Shown one piece after another: positions 36,644 to 48,825 of a DNA stretch of 64,000 nucleotides. The stretch is taken from the NCBI GenBank assembly GCA_905178155.1, contig CAJINV010000011.1, forward strand, positions 493,914 to 557,913. The letters run 5' to 3'. The notes beneath the pieces are model-generated. The model did no database searches, had not been told where the DNA came from, and saw only the letters and a program-made list of their open reading frames with translations. This DNA comes from Amoebophrya sp. A120 (lineage: Eukaryota; Protista; Dinoflagellata). How positions within the stretch are numbered: the stretch's first letter is position 1; each line of letters begins with the position of its first letter. The translations under genes and the position numbers were made by a program.

Positions 36644-39600
36644 TTAGCGGTGTCCACCACCTCCACCGGAGGCTCCGCTAGAAGTACTTCCAGTGTTCGT
36701 TGAGAACAGCTTCGAGAGTCCGGAGAACATGTTGGTCAAAGAGGAAGCGTTCTCTGTCTGCTCGACCGTGCGAGTGCGGCTCCCCAGATGCGTCGTCGTT
36801 GTTGTGAGACCACTTGACGTGATGTTGCTCGCCGCCGGGTAGTTTTGTGCTGCAGGCGACGCCGCTCCTTTTCGCAGTCCGCCGGCCAGCGTGGAACTTG
36901 GCGCGCCAGGAGTGGTACCAGCCGGAGATAAAGTTGTACTCGAGAACATCAATCCTGGACTGCTGCCGGGTCGCTGACTCACTGGCGGCGCAGCAGCTGC
37001 ACTCGCGCTGCTGATTTGCTGGTTGTTGTTGTACTGCGTAAAATAGAAGTCCACTTCAGCTCGCTGCTGCTCCGAAGTAGATGACATGGACATCCGCTGA
37101 GAACTACTACCGTAAGTAGAGGAGCTACTACTACCGCTCACGACCCTCTGTGCAGCGGCGGCCGACCCAGCTCCTCCTGCCGGGGGTACTACAACACTAC
37201 TACCACCGCCACCACTAGAGGATGACAGCCTGTGCCCCCTGACTACCACATCCGCGGTGGGAGGAGCCCCATGACTGCTCCTCTCGCCGGACGACGGTAG
37301 CTGCCCCGAGGGGCTCGGACGCTTGTTACTACCGTAATTCGACGTCGTCCCGGTGTTGCCACCGGCAACTGCACGGTTGGAGGTCGACGTACTACTATTG
37401 GAGAAGTTGAACAATTGCTGCAAGTTTTGCTCCTGCCGCGAGCTGGTGCTCTGTCGCGCCCCGTAGTTGGCACTGCTCATCGACACCAGGCCAGGTGGGC
37501 TGGTCGGGGAGGAGCTGGCGGAATTTGACTCCGAGCTCGAAAGCGGGGACGACATCCGGAACACTTGCGGACCAAGGGCCGGTGGTGGTCCACCTGTGGA
37601 AGTAGTGGTAGATCCACCCTGGCCATTGCCCTGCCCGTTTAGATATGCATTGCAAATATATCTGGGTCTGGAGGAAACTTGTAATGCTAAGAGTGAATGA
37701 TAGACGCAACGCAAGATGCAGCTGTGCATGACAACTTTTTTCGCTGCCATGTGTTACGTATTCCGCATGGCAAACTGCGTTTTTGCACGACAGGTAAGAG
37801 GGCCTTTTCGTGCCTATGCAACACAGATTCTCGAGTCATGCCAGACAAGCATGACAAACTTGCATTCTTCCAGACACCGACATAGTTGCAATTCATATTA
37901 GGTGATTCCCGACGGTGGTAGAAATGGGTGTTGGTGGCTTGCGGCCACCAGCGGCAGCTGAAGTACCACTTGCACTACTTGTTCCGCCCACGGTAGCAGT
38001 TGTTGTGCTACTGCTACAACCGTGCTGCGTCGTGAATGGCGGCACGTACACCTTGCCGCCGGCGACCTTCACATCTACAACGGGCTGCTCGGTGTCCACT
38101 ATTCCTCGGGCTGGTGCATCGCTGCTCAACGAAGACCGCGTAGTACGGCTGTGGTGGTCCATTGCGGCCGTTGAAAGGGCCAGAGAAGTCGTAGCTCCTG
38201 AGTTTGCAGGCGCCCGATTGGTACTGAAGTAACGCTCGTCCGTGGTGCGGGCGAGTTTCACCACGGGACTGCGGTGTCCTGCTCCCGCACCAGATGCTAA
38301 TCCTTGTGGATGATGATGTGGATGTTGTCCTGACGAGACTTCTTGCCCCAGATGATCAAGATCATGTGTATTACTAGTCACGACTGTCGAGGAAGATGTC
38401 GTTCTTCTTGCACCAGCCGGAGCTACCCCCTGCTGAACCTGCTGGTGCCCGGACGAGGAGGACACCACAAGGTTGGGATGGCTCATCGTCATGCGTCGCG
38501 GGTCGTTGAAGTTGTTTGTGCTTGCGGACAAGTTATCCACCTCATCCGCCGGCGAAGAGTTGCCGGAAATGGAGAAAAAACTCGTCTGCGAACGTTTCTG
38601 ATTCTGCGACGACTGGGCACTGTTGCGCTGTTGCCCGTCGTCGATTTGGGGCGGCCCGCGGTCGTGGTGGTTCTGAACACCAAGAACACCTCCGCTGTGG
38701 GAACTGTTGTAATTGCTCCCACCACTACTTCCGCGATAGTTTGCGGAGCTGCTGCTACTGCCGTTGGAGAACTGCTGGTGGTGCTTGTGGACCACTAGGG
38801 AAGCGGCTCCTGTTGGAAGGACAGCTTGTTCGCCAGAAGTAGTTGTACTAGAAGATACGTGAACTGCTGATCCTGTTGTCGCCCCACCGCCGGGGCTGTT
38901 GGAGGAAACCGAGGAGAGCTTCCGACCCGTGGAGTTCTTGCTGCTGCTCTGTGAAGAAGACAGCCGGTAGTTGTGCTGGCTGGCGACCAAACCCGGCGCC
39001 GTGGAGTGGAACAGCTGCAACAGCGATTCGTTTTCCGTGGTCAGCGAGGCCACTTTGCGCTGCAGCTGCTGGATCTGCGTGGCGTGCTCCTTCTTGGACA
39101 CCATCAACTGCGCCTCCGCCTGGTCCAAGCGGAGCGTCAGGTTGTGGCACGTGGTCTGCAACTTGGACACGAACTCGAGCAGGTTTCGCGTCTCCTCGTG
39201 AAACAACTTCTCTGCGTCCACCGGAATTTCCACCTGCTGGGCCCCCTGGTCCGCCGCGTCTTGTTGATCTACAGCTTGAGGTGTCGTGGCACTAGGAGCT
39301 AAAGCGGAACAACTAGCGTCTTCTCCACCTGCACCTCCGCCGGCAACTACATGGAAGTTGTTGTACTGCTGCTGCTGTTGTGCGAGCGAGTTCAGAAAGG
39401 TATATCACAAGAAAAATGTGTTACAGTTACACATTTGTTGTAACTTCAGCAACACAAATTTTCTCTGCATGAGAGGGAAAACTTGCAATGCACAAACCAT
39501 AAGGGAAAACACGTATGAAATCAAGCTTGGAAGCATTTCTGGCATGACAGAGGCTGTTTGTCATGCTGCGCTTGCAACACAATGTGCTGTAACTGTAACC

Positions 39601-42600
39601 ATTTTTTCTCGTGATAAGGTACTGAACAGCCTTAGTTCGTCGTCCAGTTCCACGAAATCCGTGTATTCTGAGTAAAAACGTCCCCACGTTTTGTCATGCA
39701 AATCGGCATGTCATAAAAGTTTCTCATGCGACGCCCCATGAGAGCAGTTTTATAGTCGCGCTTTGGAATTTGTGATGCTCGAATGAGCATGCTAGGCTAG
39801 ATCTGTGATGCTTCGGAACTAGCTAAACAGGATTACGCTACGGGGACAGACTTCTCATGCGAAACAACCAATGCTGGTTGATTTGTCTAGCAGATTTCCC
39901 ATCTTGACTCTGGTGTGAGGACATTTTTACTCAGAATACCGTGGTGCTCGGTGTCATGGGCTCGTAGGAGGCTGCTCGTAGTTCTTCCATCGGGAGGTCA
40001 GGTGGAGCAGCCGTGGTTTTGGCAGAGGAGATAGTGGCTGTGTTGTTCCCACCTGCGGGTTGTTTTTCCAGCAATGCATGATCTTGTTGTTCTGGGCCGA
40101 CTACATTCGATGTTGAATTCCGCGTCGCGGTTTTTCCGTCAAAAATTTCCCCCGTGGAATTCTTTCCCGCTTTGTTTGGTATTTCCTTCTGTCCTTCCTG
40201 CAGCCTTCCCAATTCCTGCTTCAATGCATTCCTTTCCGCCTCAAAGTCGCTTTTCAGCAGCTCCATCTGGATTTTTTTCTCGTTTTCCTTCATCTCCAGC
40301 TCAAAGCGGAGAAAACTCAGCTCCTCGTTCAGCCCTTGAATGGTCTGCTCCTGTTGCTGCTGTAGTTCCGAATGCGCCGCGGTCGTACCTGGGAAATAGT
40401 ATACATAGGAGGTCTGTTCATGGGGTCTTTAAACTTTGAAAAAAGACTTTTCTCCTTTGATATCACGTGATATCACGTGATATCAAAGAAGAAAAGGAGA
40501 AAAGTCGATTGTGCTGTTGATATCACAGCCCGCGTGATATGTAGAAAAATGCAAAAACAGAAGGAATTGATGCAAAAACAGAAGGAATCGATGCTAAGAC
40601 AGAAGGAATTGATGCTAAAACAGAAGGATTTGATGCTAAAGCAGAAGGATTTGATGCTAAAGCAGAAGGATGTGAAGCAAAAACAGAAGGACTTGCACCA
40701 GGAGCTGCTCGCTCTGGTATCAATCCAGCGGACTTTTCTCCTTTGCAAGGAGAAAAGTCCGGACTTTTCTCCTTTGATCCATATCAAAGGAGAAAAGTCG
40801 TCTGATCCATATCAAAGGAGAAAAGTCCGACATCGCGGACCCTCTGATCCATATCAAAGGAGAAACCCCGATACTTATCACAGACCCGAAAGAGCTTGCC
40901 TCCACTTATACTTATCACAGACCCCGATACTTATCACAGTGAAGATCAGAAAGAGCTTGCCTCCACTACGTGTTGACGCGGAGATCAGCGGCCGGCTCCT
41001 AAGGAAGAGATTTCCTATAAAGAAACGCGGAAAGCCCAGGGGCGAGCGATTTCCTAAAAGAAATCATGCGGAAAACCCGGACGAAGCGATTTCCCAAAGG
41101 AAATCATGCGGAAAACCCAGGATGGAGAAGGGATGTCCCAAAGAAAATCACGCGGAAAGCCCTTGGATGGTCTGTTACAGACCGCGTTGCTGCTGTAATT
41201 CCGAATGCGCCGCGGTCGTACCTGGGTGGAAGTAGTATAGTCTATCGTGAATGTGAAGTGAAGTGATGTGAAGTGAAGTGAAGTGAAGTGAAGTGAAGTG
41301 AAGTGAAGTGAAGTGAAGTGAAGTGAAGTGAAGTGAAGTGAAGTGAAGTGAAGTGAAGTGAAGTGAATCGCAAGAGGCTCCAAGCGGGGGCTTTCATCCT
41401 TGCCCACTTGGTAGACTACAGCCCTGGTTTTTGGGACCTTGCAGATCTCGGGCTGGGGTATTAGAGGCCCAAGCGTCCCCGAGCAGACCTAAGACAGGAA
41501 CAGCCGAGCCGGGCAGTACAGACAATAGGGAGGTCGTACTATGATGTGCACCGCTCGACAGTGTCAAAGGTAGGGCCCCGGCTCATTTTGGGCATCCTAC
41601 AATCCGATTACCCCGAAACGGAGCCTTGTTTCGTCGGGGTCAAATCACACCGAAAACCAGTTGCGGGTGGGAGCAGAGCTGGTAGCCTTAGGGGCGAAGA
41701 CAACCGAAGCGGCACTAGCGCTAACCAAAACACGAGACACACGAGAAGAGAACAACACAGAGACGCGAAAGACGAGCAGTGGGCGGCAATACGGGGAAAA
41801 CGACACAACACTGACACTCTTTTGCTTGCCAGGCGCTTGGGGTTTCGAGCACGCAGGGATTACACGACGACTCTTTTCCTTTCCATCATTCCTTTGCATC
41901 ATCATTATCATCGCCATCATGTTTCTGTTTTTTCTGTTCACGCCTTGCAACGAACTGCTGCCCACAGCTTTCTTCCGCAATCTCAGAACTACCTCCGTGT
42001 CTTGTTGCGCCCGCCAACGCTTTCGCCCATTCCTGTCCCGCCCAAGCTGCGCCGGCAGGCCGTATTTCCCTTGGCCAGTTCGTTCCGCAGAAACGATCTG
42101 CATCCACGGCCTGGCGGGCGCCTAAGATACGGCTACGGAAGAGCTACACTACATAGTGAACCTACACCCCGGACACAACTCCGCTGCAAAGTCCCCACAT
42201 GCAAAGTGCAGCGAGCAGTGGCATTTCCCTTGTCACCTAGGAAAGTAAGCAAGAGCTGGCCACCTACAAGTAAACCTCAGAAAATACTTGTAAGGATAAA
42301 TCCTAAAATGCTGAAAATGCGCCTCGCCAGGTAACGATAAGCAGAGAATGGGAAAACTGTAAAACCAAAGGTGGACAAGGACAAACTCCTGCAGCAATAC
42401 ATAGAGAACTGGGTAAAAGTCACGCTGCCACATGCTCCCTAGAAAAACCAGCTGGATCAGCCTAGCGCTAACGAAAGCCGGGTGTGCAGGCATGAGAAGA
42501 CGTGCACAAGAACAACAGACGGCGGACACTACGACAGAAACCTAGAGACCCAAACAGCGCTAACAGGTCCACCTAGCCGTCAGGGGGGGCCTGATCAGCC

Positions 42601-44551
42601 TAATTCATAGCGTTGTCGCAGCTGCCTCAATATCAGCTGTCGCAACTATGTGTGGTAATCACGGCCTTAGGAGCGCCACACACATACCCAGGAACGGGGC
42701 TGTCCGGTGGAGACGTCCTGGAGCCTTGTTTGCCCGGCTTTGCTCCCGGGGGAGGAGGTCTGTACCTCCGCGCCGGGGTCTTCCGAATGCGCCGCGGTCG
42801 TACCTGGGAAGTAGTATATCTAGAACGGGCGTGCGCCCCGCGCCCGCCGGCCCGGCGACGAGGGGGTGCAAGGGGGGGCGAGGGAAAAAAAGCGTGGTCG
42901 CCCGTGGCCAGCGGTACATGTTGAGACTGTGTTGGCGCGACCAGTGTGCGAAAAAGAGAAGCGGCAGCGCTCCCGCCCGGCCCTTCTCCCTCGGCGGGAG
43001 CTAAGGAAGCGCACGTAGAGGCAAGGCCGCTAGGCGCGAGGGGCGTGCGGGGGCACTGAGCGCAACCCCTGCCCGAGCCCCCACAAACAGGGCCGCCGGA
43101 GAGCGTGCGCAGACCCTTGTCGGAGGCTCGGGAGGCTAGCCACAGGAAACAGCACGAAAAAAGCGCGCCGACGGCCGAAAGACTAGAAACATTGCCGGCA
43201 CCCAGCAAAGATAAAGCAGGGCAGGCAGGGCGGCAGGGCAGCCGCAGCGGGAAGGCAGAGGAGGTGCTGCGGGTGGTTCTTGCTAGAAACCAGACAGCCC
43301 TGAAAAAATAGAGCAAGCAGGCCAAAGCGAAAACCCACGGCAGGGGCCGAAGCAAAAGGCGTTGGCTGGGGCCGAAGCAAAAGGCGTTCTTCGCGTTTTT
43401 GTGACGCTAAAAACACTAGCAGGATTTCTACTAGTAGCCGCTTTTCTGCTAGCACGATTCTACTAGCAGGATTCCTACTAGTAGCTTGCTCCGAATGCGC
43501 CGCGGTCGTACCTGGGAAGTAGTATACATAGGAGGTCTGTCGTCCTCTGGAGGTGGCGCGCGGGCCACGTAGCGCGCTTCGTAAAAGCCCGCCGCGATGG
43601 GGACTTACGGAGCCGGTACCAACCAAGCACGCACGGCCGCCACACAGCATGCTTCGAAGAAGCACGCCATGACTTCGACCTGCGGAGCCGACACCAAGCC
43701 CCTGAGGCGTTGATGGCGACGGGGACCGTGCCACACGCTTCGCTTGAAGCGTGTCGGGCGAGGGACCTGCGGAGACGACACCAAGGAGCTCCTTGCACGG
43801 AGCTGGTGTCCACGGGGACCACGCAGTGTGCCTAAGTAGGCCTGTGCATGCCGTGATAGGGACCGGCGCAGCGCGCTTCTTTTGAAGCGTGTCGTCACGG
43901 AGACGCGAGCACACCACGCCAGGCCTCTGTCCGAGGCGCTGGCGCTGTGCGGCAGGGAGCGCACGCACTGCCATTTCGTGCAGAGCGCACAGCAGCAGCA
44001 CTACCTTGGCGTGTGTGTCGTGCGTCCCCACTTGCTGCTCGCGCAAGTGGGACTCATTGATTTTCTAGTTCCGAATGCGCCGCGGTCGTACCTGGGAAGT
44101 AGTATACATAGGAGGTCTGTCGTGTGGTTCTCAATGGAGAAAATGAAAATCTTTTTTCCTTCTAAGGCCTGAATGCTCGAAACAAAACAATTCTTTGATC
44201 AAGCCAGACTATGACTTTTACTACTGGTAATTATGCTGCAAGAATTTGAATTACGTATATCCGTATTAAACACAAGTAGAACCATCAACACAAGAAGTGT
44301 ACTCGAACTGTACTTTGCAACAGCTGCTGGTAGGCCACCATGGTACTGTTCGGGCTTCCTGCGCTGCCGCCCGCGCTCCTGTTCACCTCGTCAAAGTCGA
44401 TCAGATTGCGCACCGTCGTCCGCGGCACCATCGGCGGGCCGCCGGTATCAGCCGAGGAATAGAAGAAGTCCTCCTCGATAGTAGAAGACGAGTTACTGGC
44501 CTGCATCTTATTGCCGTCCTTATCACTCGAAGATCTCGTGGGCGGATGCAT
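36644..44551 (-). CDS. Coiled-coil, Ser-rich hypothetical protein; 3 introners and a 3.9 kb composite GT-AG intron (40389-44313)
   Basis: Exons 44314-44551, 39939-40388, 39617-39663, 37898-39402 and 36644-37643. Donor caaa|gtacag at 44313 joins in frame to cccag|gtacgacc at 40389 (AYQQLLQ-S-TTAAHSELQQQQEQTIQGLNEEL). Start uncertain. Confidence 0.7.
37644..37897. mobile_element. Introner, family A
   Basis: TAT...ATA; DR ttaga/ttagg. Confidence 0.87.
39403..39616. mobile_element. Introner, family D
   Basis: TAT...ATA; DR aggta. Confidence 0.9.
39664..39938. mobile_element. Introner, family C
   Basis: TAT...ATA; DR ccgtg. Confidence 0.9.
40548..40692 (+). repeat. 21-bp minisatellite (about 7 units, cagaaggatttgatgctaaag) inside insert 1
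   Basis: Tandem units are visible directly; they translate as QK(E/D)LMLK heptads in ORF 40477-41235. Confidence 0.9.
41247..41367 (+). repeat. (GTGAA)n microsatellite, about 24 units, at the edge of insert 2
   Basis: Direct observation. Confidence 0.97.
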
Positions 44552-45443
44552 CTTGAAGGTCGTGAGCGCGTGATTCTTTCGTATTTATTCGTACTTCTTT
44601 TGATGTTCAAATAAGGCACGTCGTGAGTTATCTGCTCTGTGAACTCCTTGCTCTGTGTGTGGAGGTCGTTATTCTCTATAGTAGCTGCAACTGTCGAAAT
44701 CAGGTCGTGGTCGTGTTCTATCATCCCCGTACAAATCTTGTTTTCGACTACTCGCAACAAAACCTACGACCTTGCTCGACCACGTTTCGATATCGATTTG
44801 CACCCGTGATCATAATTACACTCGGTTTTCGTTTTGGCTCAAACAATCTAACCACCTTCACTTCAAGAAACAGATGAAAATTGCGTATTTGTAGTTGATA
44901 CGATGTCGAAATCTATCTCCTATACAAGACGCCGAACCAAAGAAGAAGAAGTTCTACTTATTTTGAACACAAGGCACTATGATATCTGGTCGATTACCAC
45001 AGCAGCAACTTCGAAATGCGAATGCGTCGACGTCGTGTGAGAGGAGTCGTGCCCATGTAGTCGCTGATTTTGTCTTTTTTAGCGAATGGGCAAACAAATA
45101 CCGTTTTTCGTGGTGCAAGAACTTTTTTGAAACCCTAGGTTGGAAAAACAAACCACTTCACCTAAACCCTGCAAAAATCGAGCGCGGTTCAAAACTCTGC
45201 CGTTGAAACCATGGAAGCAGGAGTCCGTCTTTTCTTGGAAAGAGGCATATCCTCCTCGAAATCTTTAATACATGGGGATCGTCATCGTTTTCTCACCGCA
45301 AACTTCTTGCTGCAAACTATATTACTGCAGGCTATGTCTTTGTCCTCGTTACAACTACGTGTGGAAAGCTGCCGGCTCGCAGGAGGTTGTTGAATAAGCC
45401 TCCGCCCAGGATGAATTGTCGCCAGACGTGTGTACTTATTTTA

Positions 45444-47796
45444 TCAGGAACCCTTGAAGGTTCGCCGCCGCTGCTCGACGCCGTTCAGCCTTTGCTCTAC
45501 TCGGGGAAGGGGCTGCGTGACGGTTTTGGTACGCCACTCGTTCTCGCGCACGGACAGCTTGCGCACCTCCTCGGGTAGCTTGTCTGGCTTCGCGTCCAGG
45601 TCAACGTCGCGCCAGCGGTATCTGTTCCCGACTTCGTCGACGATGCCGCGCCATCGCAGAACTTCGCCACTCAGTCGCTCGTCCGTCTCTGCCGCGTGGC
45701 ACATCGGAACACGAATGACCGTGTTCCACTGCCCGGCGGTCTAGTGGAATTCAGAAATTCAAATTCGGAATGTGGAAAAAATTATCGCCGCATACAAATT
45801 CCTAAGCGACACTGACAAAAGACGTCCCCCTTAATTCAAATTCATAAAGAAAAAATGTCCTACGCTACGAGATCCAAAAAGCAAGCACTTAACTAAGTAC
45901 TACCTCAAAGCTGCGGGCGGCGGTGAATTTTGGCTGGTAAATCTGTTCTGGCGCGACGATTTTGTTTACGTGCCTCCTGATCTCGCGGCCCATGGTAACA
46001 ACAGCGTGGTCGTTTGCGAAGACGTTTTGCTCGAGGTCCAACCGCAAGGCCGCACAGTCCACGTCGCGCTCCAACACGTTCACGATGTCGAACCGCAGGA
46101 TTTTCGCCAACATAAAGTCGACCAGAATGTTCGGGAACATGTAGCGCACCACCACGCGGTGGCAGCCGGTCTTCTGAAGCATTTCCGCACTGGTGTAGCC
46201 CGTCGCCACGTACATCTTCGTGTTGGTTTCCGGCGGGAAGGAATTGGAGACCCACTGGAAGATCGCGCCCGCAACCGGACCGGCAACATCGTCGCCACTG
46301 TACACGCCAGCTTCCAAAAACTTTTTGTACAAAGCATTCCGCTGAACGCGCTCTGCCTCCGCTGTCGCCGTGTCCACAGGCTCATCCAGAGGCGACCGTA
46401 GCTCCACGCAAACGTCAAAGAAAAGCTGAATTTGAACAACTTTGGTTTTGGCACAATTAAAACTACACAATACGACCACAATCCAGCAACTGCAAAATCA
46501 TCATAGATGCTGAATTCAAATTCTACAACGTTGCAAACAAGCATGAGCATGTAAAAAAATCTCTATACATACCTTGAAAATTGGCGTCGGGTTCTCGAAT
46601 AGAACTGCTGGTCTGCCGAGGGTGTGCAGTTTCGCGATGGTGTTGTGCAGGAGGCTGCAGCCTTTTTCCTCTGCTATGAAGAGCGCGTGATCCTCCGGCG
46701 CCTGCATAAGGCAGCACGCGTTCTTAATCCAGCAACCGTGGGAAATCTCCGCCCGCTCAATCGCTGAGCGATGAGACGGCGGCGTCTTCCACTCCGCTTG
46801 GTCCACCATGGTGCGCACGACGGGTTTGACGTACTTCCGGAACTGTTGGAATTTTCGTTCACAGTACGAGAAGTATCCCTTCGGCAGAAACCGTTCCACG
46901 TCCGCGTCGGCGACACTGAGCGTCTCTTTGGTTTTTCGGTCACGCGTGTGGAGGCCCGCAGCCCAAAGCCGTTCTTCCGCACGTAGGCACTGCTCCAGAA
47001 CCATGGCCGGGTCCTCCGGTACGACCTCGGGTGACTTGTTCGCACAAACTGCAGAAGATGACGACGCCGGTAGCTTGGAACTACACACATCGACTGCTGA
47101 TTTTTCCCGGTGATCTTTCTCATCCTCCGTGATTGGTGGGGCCGTGGAGTCGATGTCCTTGTTCAACACCGGGCTCGCACCCGGCGAGGACGCGGTGGTC
47201 GACAATGAGGCAATATTTTCCTGCGGGCTGCAATTTTTCTCCCCAACGAGACTCCTAACTTCGTCCATGAGCCGCAGCTCCTCAGGTCTTCCTGTTCTAC
47301 TGCACGATTTAATAGTATTCGGCGCAAAAGAACTCGCTTCGCCAGTTGTTGCGTCGTCCTCGCCCCTCTTTTCGGCTTGCATACTAGTTTCGAGGATTCC
47401 CGCCCTTGCTGGCATTTTATCGTCGTGCGTCTGGTCAGAGGAGCTTCGCAACTCTCGGCTCTTCGCAGCAGCTTCGGGATCTTCTATCCTTGCTGAAGAA
47501 AGAACTACATCCTTGCTGCTCCTGTCGTTAGTAATATCTTGATCTTCCTGCTGTACTAGCGCTGCATCTTCGTGGTCCGAGCTTAGAATTTGGCCCGCTT
47601 CATCCCGTTGCACCTGCTGCTCCCCTTCCACGCTGCTTCTGTGCTGCCCATCCTTCGGAGTAGTTTCATCGCCGTCGCGGTGCGATAGCAAACTGCTAGC
47701 TACGACCGTTACCCCACATGCTGCTATGGCGGCAGATGAACTCAAGGCACCAATTGTCGTGGGCTCGTTTGTGGAAAGCGAGAGAAGGCGGTCCAT
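45444..47796 (-). CDS. Divergent archaeo-eukaryotic primase (AEP/PrimPol-like) domain protein with a low-complexity N-terminus; 2 GT-AG introns (46426-46572, 45741-45903)
   Basis: Spliced product: LFENPTPIFK|LFFDVCVE...GCHRVVVRYMFPNILVDFMLAKILRFDIVNVL...KIVAPEQIY...|TAGQWNTVIRVPMC. The motif order resembles AEP domains, recognised from memory. Confidence 0.55.
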
Positions 47797-48825
47797 CTTG
47801 ATTGTACTAGAAACCGGACTACTTCTCGCATCTGCGATTTTTGTGTGCTGTCTTAATTTGTGCTTTTCTGCCTGGTGAGCGAATTACTTTTCTAAAATCT
47901 TAACACTCGGATCGATCTGCAAACAGCACGCTACGATCACACTAGATTTACTCCACCAACGACATGATACTCAGGAGCACACGACCAGCGTACAGATTAT
48001 GTTCAGCTCTCGGTTACAACATTTCTAAAAGGCCTGTAAAAGCGAATGTGATAGTGACAGCGCGTAGAAGATAACTCTGTCATGGATGACAGGTTCAGTC
48101 GTGGATCGTTCACATAAATAGATAATCTTGTCTCTCGTGCATAATTGCGTTGTCATGCTAGACCAAGATCCTCGTCGCTGCAATGCAATGCTTTGGAACA
48201 CTGAATATTAAGGAGGTGACAAGTATTAGTACCCATTTTCAGCCCACTTCGACGGCTATATACAGTTTTTTTTCTCGTGTGGTGAAAGTTTGACGGGGTG
48301 CGTCAATATGTGAGAAGTGAGTCTGTGGATGTCTTTCCGAAAAGGATGCGCTTTTTGTGCAGCTGAGACCTTCTAGCTGATTATGGATCGATGAAGTGCT
48401 GTGTCTATCTGGTGAGCAGCACAACATCCATTCGAAAAATGCGAGTTCTGCAGAGTATCAAGCACATTCCTGAAAACATCCTAGTACACTGAGTGTCTCC
48501 TGTTCCATTATACGGAAGACGCCTGAAATATCAAACCCGTCTTGGACATAATCACCTTCTCCCATAAGTGAAAAGCACTTCAGAAGTAGAGTACATTCGC
48601 TTTGCAACGGTCTTCATCTAGGGTGGATATGGAGCTACTAAATCTCGACTTCCCTAGGGATACTATCGCGCGGCAAGACCAAGATCGAAGAACTCCCCGC
48701 CGTAATAAATGGCGTATGGTGAGGAAGATGTTGATGTCCCTACGAAGGCAGAAAGCCCGTCGCACCATCTGCTTTCGACCTCGCGGCAAAATTGGATGTC
48801 GTCGTGATCTCCCAGCCTTTTACTT

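Larger units (their letters stand above)
40366..44123. repeat. Five-copy direct-repeat array of a splice-acceptor/exon-start segment, separated by four unrelated inserts
   Basis: Core tccgaatgcgccgcggtcgtacctggg(aagtagtata[cataggaggtctgt]) at 40366-40417, 41199-41239, 42781-42818, 43490-43543 and 44066-44123. Confidence 0.95.

Noticed and set aside
40477-41235. 252-aa coiled-coil-like plus-strand ORF as a real gene
   Set aside because: Its openness is explained by stop-free tandem repeats inside an intronic insert; it is kept only as part of a finding.
40366-44123. CRISPR array interpretation of the five direct repeats
   Set aside because: The spacers are 0.5-1.5 kb and uneven, repeat lengths vary, there are no cas genes, the context is eukaryotic, and the repeat is a host splice junction.
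44832-44842. ttttggctcaa, matching part of the dinoflagellate spliced leader
   Set aside because: It is only 11 nt, on the strand opposite to the genes, and lacks the terminal G and the upstream CCGTAGCCA; it is compatible with chance.
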